A DNA stretch of 64,000 nucleotides from an uncultured Chloroflexia bacterium (lineage in GTDB: Bacteria > Chloroflexota > Chloroflexia > Thermomicrobiales > UBA6265), in contig CAVQGN010000004.1 of NCBI GenBank assembly GCA_963712055.1, positions 291,813 to 355,812 on the forward strand, read 5' to 3'. Below, one piece after another: positions 9,785-19,527 of the stretch (position 1 is its first letter; each line of letters begins with the position of its first letter). The notes beneath the pieces were generated by a model. It did not search any database. It saw only the letters and a list, made by a program, of their open reading frames with translations, and was not told the origin of the DNA. The position numbers and the translations under genes are program-made.

Positions 9785-11038
9785 ATGAATCCTACCAAAC
9801 GTGTGGCCTTTTTCGATCCTTTCTCGGGCGCCAGCGGCGACATGATTCTCGGCGCGTTGATCGACGCCGGCGCGTCGATAGACGATATCCGTGACACGCT
9901 CGAATCGTTGGTGCTTGGTGGATATTCCCTCGAGGCTTCGCCGTTTTCCGATAGAGCGGTCAACGGCACTCAGTGCACCGTGATCGTTGATGGGGATCAA
10001 CCGTCGCGGACCTGGGCAGAGATCCGCACCCTTATCCAGTCGTCTGGGATGTCTCCCAAAGCACGATCGCTGGCGTTGCGATGGTTCGCGTTTCTGGCTG
10101 ATGCCGAAGCCGAGGTCCATGCGGTCCAGATCGAGGATGTTCATTTTCACGAAGTGGGGGCTGTCGACTCGATCGTTGATATCTGTGGCGCCGCTATCGC
10201 GATGGATCTGTTGGCTATCGATGAGATTCGGATTGGCCCATTGCGGGTCGGTTCTGGTTTCGTCAACACGGAGCATGGCTTGTTGCCCGTTCCTGCGCCC
10301 GCGACCTCCGCATTGCTGGCGAAAGCGAGGGCAGTGCTCGCTGCGGATGGACCGGTCTCGATGGCGACCCCCGGAGAACTCCTGACCCCGACTGGCGCTG
10401 CGATCCTTCTCGCCGAAGGGCAACCCGGTCGACCGGCTATGACGGTCGAATCGGTGTCCTATGGGTTCGGGCAGAAATCCTTTCCCTGGCCGAACGCCCT
10501 CGGACTGTGGATCGGGACAGTTGCTACCGACGCGGCTGCAGAACCATCCGAGACGCCACTCGATTGTGTCGTGATCGAAACCAACATCGACGACATGAAT
10601 CCGCAAGCCTTCGAGTTGCTCATCGAACGGCTTTTCGCGGCAGGAGCGCTCGACGTCTGGAAAACGCCGATCGCCATGAAAAAGGAACGGCTCGCTACTA
10701 TGGTCAGCGTGCTCGGTCGGCTCGAGGATCAGTATCGACTAGAAACGTTGCTGCTCCAGGAATCGACCACGTTCGGGGTGAGGTCGTACGCGGTCGAACG
10801 GCGGATCGCCGGGCGAGCATGGATGCCAATTGCAACCCGTTTCGGCGAGATCCGGGTCAAATGCAAGGGGATCGACGGCCGGGTGGTCGAGGTCGCTCCT
10901 GAATACGACGATGTCGTCGCAGCCGCCCGGTCGACGGGAGCCACCTTCAGTACCGTCTGGTCAGAGACGCGGCGACTCGGAGAAGCGCTGGTGGGTCGGT
11001 CGCTGACCGATGTCATTGCCGAAGCGGAATCGTCCTAA
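9785..11038 (+). CDS. larC: Nickel-pincer cofactor biosynthesis protein LarC
   Basis: GASGDMILGAL, HFHEVGAVDSIVDI, HGLLPVPAPAT, ELLTPTGAA, ETNIDD, MKKER, PEYDD. Confidence 0.92.
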   Translation: MNPTKRVAFFDPFSGASGDMILGALIDAGASIDDIRDTLESLVLGGYSLEASPFSDRAVNGTQCTVIVDGDQPSRTWAEIRTLIQSSGMSPKARSLALRWFAFLADAEAEVHAVQIEDVHFHEVGAVDSIVDICGAAIAMDLLAIDEIRIGPLRVGSGFVNTEHGLLPVPAPATSALLAKARAVLAADGPVSMATPGELLTPTGAAILLAEGQPGRPAMTVESVSYGFGQKSFPWPNALGLWIGTVATDAAAEPSETPLDCVVIETNIDDMNPQAFELLIERLFAAGALDVWKTPIAMKKERLATMVSVLGRLEDQYRLETLLLQESTTFGVRSYAVERRIAGRAWMPIATRFGEIRVKCKGIDGRVVEVAPEYDDVVAAARSTGATFSTVWSETRRLGEALVGRSLTDVIAEAESS

Positions 11039-12171
11039 GTCAGATCCTTCCAGAACGCGCTCTGGGTTCTGATGATTGCCTCGATCACGGCGCGGGCATC
11101 GACACTGACGGTGATGCTCGCTGGTTGGGCTTCGGCTCTCTCGCCATAGGGTTCGACCAACGGTAGCGGGCCATCTCCGGGACCGGTCATGGTTTCAGCG
11201 ATCGCGGCTGAGCAATATGGGGCATAAGTCGCGGAGTACCCGCCTTCCTGAGCGACAACGAGTCTGCCACCGGCGAACGTGTTGGCGATCCCAATCAAGC
11301 GCGAGGTCATCATCCGGTAGGCAGCGGTGGTCAGACACATTCTGCCCAGCGGATCGACGACGTTTGCGTCCTGGCCCGCTGAGATCACGACCAGATCCGG
11401 CTGGAACTGTGTCGCGATCGGGAGGACAAGGCGGTCAAACGCTTCCTCATAGGCGGCGTTGCCACTCCCGGCAGGGAGAGGGATGTTGACGGTAAACCCT
11501 TCGCCCTGACCGCGGCCGGTGTCCACGATCTTGCCCCAGCCGGGCGGAAAGTGATCGTCCTGGTGGATCGAAACAAACAGGATATCGTCGTCGCCATAAA
11601 AGATGTCCTGAGTGCCATTGCCATGATGGACATCCCAATCGACAACCAGGACTCGTTTGACCCCGAACGATCGCTGGGCATGGCGCACCGCCACGGCCAC
11701 ATTGTTGAAAACGCAGAATCCCATCGCGATGTCGGCCATGGCGTGGTGTCCCGGAGGCCGAACAAGGGCATAGGCTGTTGTGACCGCGCCGGCCATAACG
11801 GCATCGACTGCCGCCATCACGCCTCCGGCGGCAAGACGGGCAATCTCATCTCCACCGATACCGATCGGTGCCCCTTCGCCACAATCTCCACCGGACAGGG
11901 AGGTCCGTGCAACTCGTTCAAGCAGAGCGGGTGTGTGTACGGCAAGGAGGTCATCATCGCTGGCGATGAGCGGCTCGATGCGGATCATCCGGCGAGTGAC
12001 GCCAGAAAGATCCATCAATTGCTTCGCTCGGCCAACCAGTTGAGGACTCGAGGGATGTGGAACCGGTTCCGGATAGGGAAATGGTGATCGATCATTGTAG
12101 AGATACAACCCGGTGTCATGCGCGAGAAAACGGTCATCGAAGACGAGACCGACGGAAGGTGAAGAAGACAT
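11035..12171 (-). CDS. Zn-dependent class II histone-deacetylase-like amidohydrolase
   Basis: RPPGHH, GFC, DWDVHHGNGTQ, DPLG, EGGY; AGGAG RBS before ATG 12171. Confidence 0.92.
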   Translation of the reverse strand: MSSSPSVGLVFDDRFLAHDTGLYLYNDRSPFPYPEPVPHPSSPQLVGRAKQLMDLSGVTRRMIRIEPLIASDDDLLAVHTPALLERVARTSLSGGDCGEGAPIGIGGDEIARLAAGGVMAAVDAVMAGAVTTAYALVRPPGHHAMADIAMGFCVFNNVAVAVRHAQRSFGVKRVLVVDWDVHHGNGTQDIFYGDDDILFVSIHQDDHFPPGWGKIVDTGRGQGEGFTVNIPLPAGSGNAAYEEAFDRLVLPIATQFQPDLVVISAGQDANVVDPLGRMCLTTAAYRMMTSRLIGIANTFAGGRLVVAQEGGYSATYAPYCSAAIAETMTGPGDGPLPLVEPYGERAEAQPASITVSVDARAVIEAIIRTQSAFWKDLT

Positions 12172-12222
12172 GGTCAGACTCCTGATGTGGTCACCGACTG
12201 AGTTGCGCTGGCGCAAAATGTA

Positions 12223-12246
12223 ACCCCGCGGACGCGTCCGCGGGGT
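12223..12246 (-). terminator. Perfect 24-bp palindrome, likely terminator of the C39-like gene
   Basis: ACCCCGCGGACG/CGTCCGCGGGGT followed by TACATTTT on the minus strand. Confidence 0.6.
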
Positions 12247-12279
12247 CAGGTAGATTCGGTCCGGCTAAGAGTTGTGTGG

Positions 12280-13308
12280 TCAGGCGGGTGAAACCGCCAA
12301 CCCCATTCCATCGAGGATATTCCACATGTACATGAAATCGCCCCAGGAATAGAAGCGGTAGGTGCCGGTTCCCGGGTCGGAGAGATAGACACCGGCGGCG
12401 TCGTATCCGTAGGCGACCATCACATGCATTCCGGCAACCACCGTGAAGCTGCGGCCATCGAGTTGCTCGACGATGCTTTCATCGCCCCACAGTCCGAGCC
12501 AGACCAATACAGGCGTTCCTTGATCGAGTCGATTTGTCAACGCCCCGGAGTCTCCGACGGCGTAGAACGCATCGCCGTTGAATCCGAAACTCGGCAAGGC
12601 CCATGACAGCGGTTCGTTGTATACGCCGTAGTCGTCGGTTCGCCCCCAGACGCCGTTGATATCGCCACGATACCCAACGTGAGGGTTGGCGGACCAGCCG
12701 ACATAGTTGTCAAACGCATATTCGGAAACGCCGTCACCGAATGCGCTCGTCGCAATGTACAGCGCGGCGTATTCGCAGGAAAGGGTTCGTTGCTGAGCAT
12801 AACGAGGAACCGACACTTTGACTTCGGCGCCAGAGCCGGATTCACTGGAGGCGGAAGCCGGAACATAGTTGATGTCGCCCTCAACTGCCAGGAGTTTGTG
12901 AGCGTTGTTGCAACCACCGTCAGCGGACGGAACGATCGAGAGCCCGGTCAGGTATTCCCCGCCCATGTTGATATCGAGCCAATGACCGACGCCGGCGTCT
13001 GCGTCGCCGGTATCCAGCTCAAGAAACGCCACGCCATTTTCATTTGTTATGGCACGATCGAGCGCCACGATCGTGTCGGCGACGTGCAGAGCGAGTTCGA
13101 CTTCGACGCTTGGCAGTGCCCGACCCGATTCTCGAACCTCGACGGAGATATCCATCACGCAGCCAACCTCAGGACGGGTGGCGCTGATATCAATCCAGGC
13201 GTCGATTGATTTGGTGGCGGCAGACACCGTAGCTACGCCAGCCATCAGGGGAGCCACTAGGGCAATCAGGAAGGCTGCGGGTAGTGCCAAGCGGAGCAAA
13301 CGAGTCAT
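12280..13308 (-). CDS. Secreted protein with an Ig-like N-domain and a C39-like (Peptidase_C39_2) cysteine peptidase domain
   Basis: Signal peptide; VPRYAQQRTLSCE (Gln/Cys), PVLVW, HVMVAYGYD (His), SDP (Asp). Confidence 0.78.
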   Translation of the reverse strand: MTRLLRLALPAAFLIALVAPLMAGVATVSAATKSIDAWIDISATRPEVGCVMDISVEVRESGRALPSVEVELALHVADTIVALDRAITNENGVAFLELDTGDADAGVGHWLDINMGGEYLTGLSIVPSADGGCNNAHKLLAVEGDINYVPASASSESGSGAEVKVSVPRYAQQRTLSCEYAALYIATSAFGDGVSEYAFDNYVGWSANPHVGYRGDINGVWGRTDDYGVYNEPLSWALPSFGFNGDAFYAVGDSGALTNRLDQGTPVLVWLGLWGDESIVEQLDGRSFTVVAGMHVMVAYGYDAAGVYLSDPGTGTYRFYSWGDFMYMWNILDGMGLAVSPA

Positions 13309-13665
13309 GCAGAGACCCCTTCGAAATCAGTTGATGTCAGAGCGAGGTGTCGCGATTCTCGGAATTCGGCGGGGTTCCGTTCACCACGAGCGAGAGTCTA
13401 GCACCTGAAGGTGCGTACGTTCGACTTGCCACGGAAAACGAAGCAAACGCCATTTCTGATCCTCAGACGACCAAATAACGCGTACGTACGCAATAATAGC
13501 TACCGCTTTCTCGTTTTGCAACCATCGCCCAATTGTTGCCACGGCCGCAAATCGTTTCTGAGCGCACCCGTTGCCTTTGTTACACTGCCGACCGGGATGA
13601 TTGCCCGGATTTCCAGTGCACATTCTGTCTTCTGCAGGAACACACATGCTTGAAAGGGAACCTCG

Positions 13666-14133
13666 ATGTCACGCAGGGTCAATGCCAGTGACCGCACGCT
13701 CATCCGGATGCTTCAGCAAGACGCTCGGGCGTCATTTGCCGAACTGAGTCGCGTTTCCGGCATTCCCGAATCGACGGTTCGGCGGCGGGTCGAACGGATG
13801 CAGGATGAAGGCATCATTGAATTTTCGATGACACCGGATCCGACCAAACTCGGCTACGACATGCGGGCGATCATCGGGCTGCGGGTGGATGTTCGCGAAC
13901 TGAACGCGATTGCCGAAAATCTGCGTAACATGGAGGAAATCGCCTTCGCCGCATTTGTCACCGGAAGTTTCGACATCATTACGCACGTCGTCGTCGAACA
14001 CCAGGAGGGGCTGGTGGCCCTGTTGCAGCACCTCGCCGGAATCCCGGGGGTGCGTTCGACGGAGACGTTTGTCATGCCGTGGGTGATCAAGCCAGCTAGC
14101 GCATGGATTCTGCCTGAATCGCCGAGCCGTTAG
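13666..14133 (+). CDS. Lrp/AsnC family transcriptional regulator
   Basis: LQQDARASFAELS...STVRRRVERM HTH; VTGSFD RAM-domain motif. Confidence 0.92.
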   Translation: MSRRVNASDRTLIRMLQQDARASFAELSRVSGIPESTVRRRVERMQDEGIIEFSMTPDPTKLGYDMRAIIGLRVDVRELNAIAENLRNMEEIAFAAFVTGSFDIITHVVVEHQEGLVALLQHLAGIPGVRSTETFVMPWVIKPASAWILPESPSR

Positions 14134-14498
14134 GCCGCGTTCGACTCGCCGATGCTGTAGGCAACGGCCACCAGCAGAAACGCAGCCAGAGTGGCGAAAA
14201 ACGCCAGCCGCGCTTTGCTCGCCGGTGGAGAGTCGCTGCCCGCGATCATGTGATCCGCACCGACTGGCAGAATCGCAGCCAGCGCGATCAAATAATGGGT
14301 AGCGGTCATTTCATGATCACCGCCAAGCAGCGAAAACCCGAGCATGTATTGAATGAGAAGTAGACCGGACGCGGCGAACGTCAAACCGCGCGCCCAGGGG
14401 AACGTGCTACCGCGCAGCCAGCGCAGTAAATTCAGAATCACCAGCAAGAGAAATGACACGACGACGGCTAAGCCGATGATCATGTGTGCTTCAGTCAC
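14130..14498 (-). CDS. Hypothetical 4-TM membrane protein
   Basis: Four hydrophobic segments with intramembrane His residues; AAGG RBS before GTG. Confidence 0.65.
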   Translation of the reverse strand: MTEAHMIIGLAVVVSFLLLVILNLLRWLRGSTFPWARGLTFAASGLLLIQYMLGFSLLGGDHEMTATHYLIALAAILPVGADHMIAGSDSPPASKARLAFFATLAAFLLVAVAYSIGESNAA

Positions 14499-14715
14499 GA
14501 TGTGGGTGCCTTTCGATTCGCGCCAACTGGCTCATCCCGCTCTATAGCGATCATATCTTCGCGCCCAGCGACCAACCTTTCAAGGTCCAGTGGGCGTCAC
14601 TCCTCTCGCAATGGTCATCGGCGCAGGTGACTCCCCTTTGTATACTCACGACATCAGACGACGATGGCTGCGGGAATCACCTGAACAGCCCAGAACCAAC
14701 GGAGGACATGACGAA

Positions 14716-16683
14716 ATGGCGGCCGACGAGCAGAACAAGGACACAATTTCCGCGCTTTACGCCGAGAATCGGACCTTTCCACCTCCAGCGGGGTTTGTCG
14801 AGCAGGCCAATGTGACCGACCCAGCTATCTACGAACGCGCTACGGCCGACCCGGAAGCGTATTGGGCTGGCGAAGCCGAAGCGCTCGATTGGTTCAAACC
14901 GTGGGACACCGTGCTGTCGTGGGATCCCCCGTTCGCTCGCTGGTTCGATGGAGGGCAGTTGAACGTCTCCTACAACTGCCTTGATCGCCATGTCGAAAAG
15001 GGCGATGGCGACCGGGTGGCCTACTACTGGGAAGGTGAACCAGGAGATTCACGAGTCATCACCTATCGAGATCTGTTGACTGAAGTTCAGCAGTGCGCAA
15101 ACGCGCTCAAATCGCTTGGAATCAAGAAGGGCGACCGCGTCGCGATCTACATGCCAATGATTCCTGAACTACCTGTCGCGATGCTGGCTTGTGCCCGGAT
15201 CGGCGCTCCCCACACGGTGGTCTTTGGCGGTTTCTCGTCGTCAGCTCTGGCCGATCGCATCAACGACGCCGAAGCGACGGTCGTTATCACTGCAGACGGT
15301 GGCTACCGGCGTGGACTCCATGCCGGGCTGAAAGTCAACGTTGACGCAGCGATCGACTCGACACCAAGCGTCACCAGCGTGCTGGTGGTGAAGCGAACTG
15401 GCGAAAACGTCGAGATGGTGGAAGGTCGTGATATCTGGTGGCACGAGCTGGTGCCAGCGCAGGATGCCAAATGCCCGCCTGAAGTCATGGAGAGTGAGGA
15501 CATGCTCTATCTCCTCTATACCTCCGGCACCACCGCCAAACCAAAAGGCATTCTCCATACGACGGGCGGATATCTCGTTGGTGTAGCGTCTACGCACCGG
15601 CTCATCTTCGATCTCAAGCCAGACGATATCTACTGGGCCGCCGCAGATATCGGTTGGGTAACCGGGCATTCCTATATCGTGTACGGTCCGCTGGCGAACG
15701 GTACAACCAGTGTGATGTACGAAGGAACACCGGATTATCCAGATTGGCACCGCTGGTGGGAGATCGTCGAAAAGTACAAAGTGACCACCCTCTATATGGC
15801 GCCTACGGCGATCCGGGCGCACATGAAGCAGGGTCCCAAGCATGCCGAACAGCATGACCTCTCTTCGTTGCGCTTGCTCGGGACCGTTGGCGAACCAATC
15901 AACCCTGAAGCCTGGGTCTGGTATCACAACCACATCGGTGCCGGACAATGCCCGATTGTTGACACCTGGTGGCAAACCGAAACCGGCATGATCATGATTT
16001 CGCCAGTCCCCGGTATCACGGTCACCAAACCAGGTTCGGCCACTTTCCCGATTCCGGGTGTCGGAGCAGATGTGGTCGACAACGCCGGCAACTCCCGGCC
16101 ACTCGGTGGTGGCGGCTATCTCGTGCTAACAACACCGTGGCCCGCGATGCTGCGCGGAATCTATGGCGATCCCGAGCGATTCAAGGCGACCTACTGGAGT
16201 CGATTCCCAGGAATCTATTTCCCGGGTGATGGCGCGAAGCGTGACGAGGATGGCTACTACTGGCTGCTTGGTCGCGTCGACGACGTCATGAATGTCTCCG
16301 GTCACCGGCTCAGCACCACCGAAATCGAGAGCGCGTTGGTATCGCATCCAGCCGTGGCGGAAGCAGCGGTGGTTGGACAACCTGACGACGTCACGGGTGA
16401 AGCGATTTTCGCGTTTGTGATCGTCAAGAAGGGGATCGACCCGACCGATGAACTGGGTTCTGAGTTGAGACGGCATGTTGCCAGGGTGATCAGCCCGATC
16501 GCACGACCAAAATCAGTGATGTTCACGCCAGATCTGCCGAAAACCCGGTCCGGCAAGATCATGCGCCGGTTGCTGAAGGACATTGCCACCAATCGTCCGC
16601 TGGGAGATACCACTACGCTTGCCGATTCTGGCGTGGTCGAAGCGATTCAGATGTCAGCCCAAAGCGGCAAGGACGAGGACTAG
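14716..16683 (+). CDS. acs: Acetate--CoA ligase (acetyl-CoA synthetase)
   Basis: [42 protein letters not shown] (acetylatable Lys); GGAGG RBS before ATG 14716. Confidence 0.96.
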   Translation: MAADEQNKDTISALYAENRTFPPPAGFVEQANVTDPAIYERATADPEAYWAGEAEALDWFKPWDTVLSWDPPFARWFDGGQLNVSYNCLDRHVEKGDGDRVAYYWEGEPGDSRVITYRDLLTEVQQCANALKSLGIKKGDRVAIYMPMIPELPVAMLACARIGAPHTVVFGGFSSSALADRINDAEATVVITADGGYRRGLHAGLKVNVDAAIDSTPSVTSVLVVKRTGENVEMVEGRDIWWHELVPAQDAKCPPEVMESEDMLYLLYTSGTTAKPKGILHTTGGYLVGVASTHRLIFDLKPDDIYWAAADIGWVTGHSYIVYGPLANGTTSVMYEGTPDYPDWHRWWEIVEKYKVTTLYMAPTAIRAHMKQGPKHAEQHDLSSLRLLGTVGEPINPEAWVWYHNHIGAGQCPIVDTWWQTETGMIMISPVPGITVTKPGSATFPIPGVGADVVDNAGNSRPLGGGGYLVLTTPWPAMLRGIYGDPERFKATYWSRFPGIYFPGDGAKRDEDGYYWLLGRVDDVMNVSGHRLSTTEIESALVSHPAVAEAAVVGQPDDVTGEAIFAFVIVKKGIDPTDELGSELRRHVARVISPIARPKSVMFTPDLPKTRSGKIMRRLLKDIATNRPLGDTTTLADSGVVEAIQMSAQSGKDED

Positions 16684-16704
16684 CGGGTTCCGCTTTGGTG
16701 CGGG

Positions 16705-17214
16705 CTAGAACGCGTCGATGGCTGACGCGATGACGCCCCAGAGCAGGACGACTAGAACAATCGATACCAGGAGCACGCCGAAAGCAAGCAGGAGCGTCGC
16801 AGTGGCGCTCCTGTCGGCAACCCGCTGTTGAGCGCGTTGATCCGCGAGCGCTGCGTCTCGAATCCGGGCGAGGAGGTCGTCTTCTCCACCAGGGGCGCCA
16901 AATCCGCCTGCATAGCGGCTCATGATCTGCTGTTGCAGTTCCTCATTGCGGCGACTGGCGTCGTATTGCCGCCGGGTGGCTTCATCCGCGAGAACCCGAT
17001 AGGCATTATTGAGCGCCCTGGATTCGTTTTCGGCTGCCGTTCGATTGGACGCGGATGCCCGGTCGGGGTGTGCGCGTTTCATCGCGCTGCGATAGGCGCG
17101 CTTAATCTCGTCGGTAGAAGCCGCCTGATTCGTGCCGAGTAGCCGGTAATAGTCGACGGTGGGATCGATCGTCGGTTGTGCCGTTCTGGACTTGGATGAG
17201 GATGACTCCGCCAT
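16705..17214 (-). CDS. J-domain protein with a C-terminal membrane anchor
   Basis: DYYRLLG...IKRAYR...HPD...AYRVL..YD; C-terminal TM helix. Confidence 0.88.
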   Translation of the reverse strand: MAESSSSKSRTAQPTIDPTVDYYRLLGTNQAASTDEIKRAYRSAMKRAHPDRASASNRTAAENESRALNNAYRVLADEATRRQYDASRRNEELQQQIMSRYAGGFGAPGGEDDLLARIRDAALADQRAQQRVADRSATATLLLAFGVLLVSIVLVVLLWGVIASAIDAF

Positions 17215-17351
17215 TGCTACTGCTCCGGCGGCAATGGTAGCGCTCGGGAGACACCACTAGTGAATCGAAGCTGATCCGGGCAACAGGTACAATCCGGAAA
17301 GCAACGCTGGTCACCTGATCTGCTTGGAATGTTTGGCCCGGGAGAGCAACC

Positions 17352-18233
17352 ATGGACCTTCATCTTGTTTCCGTTCCCTATCGCTATGACGAGCATCAGA
17401 CCGGTCTTGGGGGCGGCCCTTCAGCGTTGCTCGCAGCCGGACTGCGCGAGGTTGTGATCGGCAGCGGCTTAAACCTTGTAGCGGAAGGTGTAGCGTCGCT
17501 GTCGGACGAGGAACGCGAACCCGGCCGAACCGCCATCAATATCGGTCGCCTGGGAGCGTCCACAGCCTCGCTGGTGGCCGCAGCCGCCAGGAATCAGGCG
17601 AAAGCGCTGGTCCTGACCGGCGATGACACCGCCTCGATTGGGGTCATTTCGGGATTGCAGGATGCCCACGGCGCCGGCGCGCGAATTGGGGTCATCTGGG
17701 TCGATGCTCACGGCGATTTCAACACGCCTGAGACCAGTTTCAGCGGCATCCTGGCTGGGATGTCACTGGCGATTATCGCCGGTTTGGCGGGACCGAACTG
17801 GCGGGCAGCGGCCGGGTTGGCGGTGCCCATCTCAACCGACCGGATCGTCGTCACCGGAGTGCGCGAACTCGACGAAAAGGAAGATGCCTTGATGACTGCG
17901 ACCGATGTTCAACGGGTGACAACGGCTGATCTCAGAACCGGGTCAGACGCACTTGGCAAAGCATTGGCGACCTTGCGACAGCGGGTCGACATGATCGCTC
18001 TCCACCTCGATGCCGACGTTCTCGACCCCGCCTACGTGCCAAGTTCGAGCACGCCGACGCCTGATGGACTCGACATTCTGCAGTTAGCGGAAGTGCTTTC
18101 CGCAGTTCTGGAAACGGGAGATGTCGCTACATTAACCGTGTGCGGAATCAATCCAGGAGGTGGAAAGCGCGGAGCAAAATCGATCGCTTCGGTGCGAGGT
18201 GTTTTGGAGACAGCGCTACCAGCCTGGACCTGA
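17352..18233 (+). CDS. Arginase/ureohydrolase family protein
   Basis: GP, WVDAHGDFN, GVRELD, HLDADVLDP, PDGL motifs. Confidence 0.87.
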   Translation: MDLHLVSVPYRYDEHQTGLGGGPSALLAAGLREVVIGSGLNLVAEGVASLSDEEREPGRTAINIGRLGASTASLVAAAARNQAKALVLTGDDTASIGVISGLQDAHGAGARIGVIWVDAHGDFNTPETSFSGILAGMSLAIIAGLAGPNWRAAAGLAVPISTDRIVVTGVRELDEKEDALMTATDVQRVTTADLRTGSDALGKALATLRQRVDMIALHLDADVLDPAYVPSSSTPTPDGLDILQLAEVLSAVLETGDVATLTVCGINPGGGKRGAKSIASVRGVLETALPAWT

Positions 18234-18264
18234 TCTGGTTGGCATCCACCGGGGAGTTTGAGAA

Positions 18265-19371
18265 ATGACATTGTTGACCGACCTCGGCGTTCGCCGCGTC
18301 ATCAACGCCGCCGCTGCTCAAACGACGCTGGGAGGCGCGTTGATGCCGGAACAGGTGCTGGACGCCATGCGCGATGCAGCCGCCTACTCGGTCGACTTGC
18401 CGGAATTTCACGATCGGATCGGCGAGCGCATCGCAGTCTTGACAGGAAATGATGCCGTTTGCCTTTGTTGCGGGTCAGCCGCTGGTCTGCTCCTTGCTGC
18501 AGCTGGCTGCATGACCGGACTTGATCGAGACCTTGCCTCTGCGCTTCCGGATACGACAGGCGTGGAGCGAAATGAAATCATCGTCTGGGCGGTTCAGCAA
18601 ACCGGGTTTCTCTCAGCCGTTCGCGAAACTGGTGCGAACGTGATCGCCATCGGTCAATCCGCAGATGATTTGAAGACGGCGATTGGCCCGCGGACGGCGG
18701 CGGTGCTCTGGTTCGCCGGAACGCTCTTCGCTGAAGAGACCATTCCTCTGGAAACGATCATCAGCATTGCACACGCGCGTGACGTGCCGGTCATCGTCGA
18801 TGCCGCCGACCAGATTCCGCCGTTCTCGGCGCTGTCTACCTACACCCGCGACGCGGGTGCTGACCTGGCTATCTTCAGTGGAGGCAAAGGGCTGCTGGGG
18901 CCACAGGCGAGCGGGCTGATTGTTGGCCGTAAGGGTTTAGTCGCGTCGTGTCGCGTGAACGCTGGGCCGCAGCACAGCATTGGTCGACCGGCCAAGGTGG
19001 GCAAAGAGGAAATGGCTGGTCTTCTAGCTGCGATCGAACTGGCAAAGTGCACTGACGAGGCTGCAGTCTACGCAGACTGGCTGCGCACGGTCCAGCAATG
19101 GAAATCCGCGCTCGAGGGGATCGATGGGATAGCACCGAAAATCGTCGACCGGAGCCATAGTGGTCAGCCGGTTCCCCGCTTGATTGTATCGCTCGCCCCC
19201 GGCACGTTCGTGCCTGAGGCGGTTATCGAAGCGCTCTGGGACTGCAACCCAAGAATTGCGGTGCTTCCCGAAGGAACGCATGCCATCGCGTTGAATCCTC
19301 AGATGGTGATTCCGGCAGATCGCCAGGCCGTTGGCGCAGCGGCGCGTGAGGTTTTCCTCCGGCGACCGTGA
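18265..19371 (+). CDS. SelA-like/DgaE-family PLP-dependent enzyme
   Basis: RVINAA...TLGG, IVDAA, FSGGK (PLP Lys), GPQASG, IGRPAKVGKEE. It lacks the SelA N-terminal domain. Confidence 0.85.
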   Translation: MTLLTDLGVRRVINAAAAQTTLGGALMPEQVLDAMRDAAAYSVDLPEFHDRIGERIAVLTGNDAVCLCCGSAAGLLLAAAGCMTGLDRDLASALPDTTGVERNEIIVWAVQQTGFLSAVRETGANVIAIGQSADDLKTAIGPRTAAVLWFAGTLFAEETIPLETIISIAHARDVPVIVDAADQIPPFSALSTYTRDAGADLAIFSGGKGLLGPQASGLIVGRKGLVASCRVNAGPQHSIGRPAKVGKEEMAGLLAAIELAKCTDEAAVYADWLRTVQQWKSALEGIDGIAPKIVDRSHSGQPVPRLIVSLAPGTFVPEAVIEALWDCNPRIAVLPEGTHAIALNPQMVIPADRQAVGAAAREVFLRRP

Positions 19372-19448
19372 CCGCCAACTCGTCAAATGTCGAGATTGAA
19401 TCGAGACACGCTGGCAAAGTGCCTCGGCTTTGTTGACCTCCCAAATTC

Positions 19449-19494
19449 TTGACGACGGTGTGGACTTGGCTACAATGAGAGATAATTTCTTTCA
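19449..19494 (+). promoter_or_regulatory. Sigma70 promoter plus a probable RpiR-type operator
   Basis: TTGACG-N16-TACAAT followed by the imperfect palindrome TGAGAGATAATTTCTTTCA. Confidence 0.55.
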
Positions 19495-19527
19495 GCGCAT
19501 CCAAGTTCATGGCGGTGAGGTTTGGCG

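Noticed and set aside
18265-19371. Calling this gene selA
   Set aside because: It is too short, lacks the N-terminal domain and has DgaE-type motifs.
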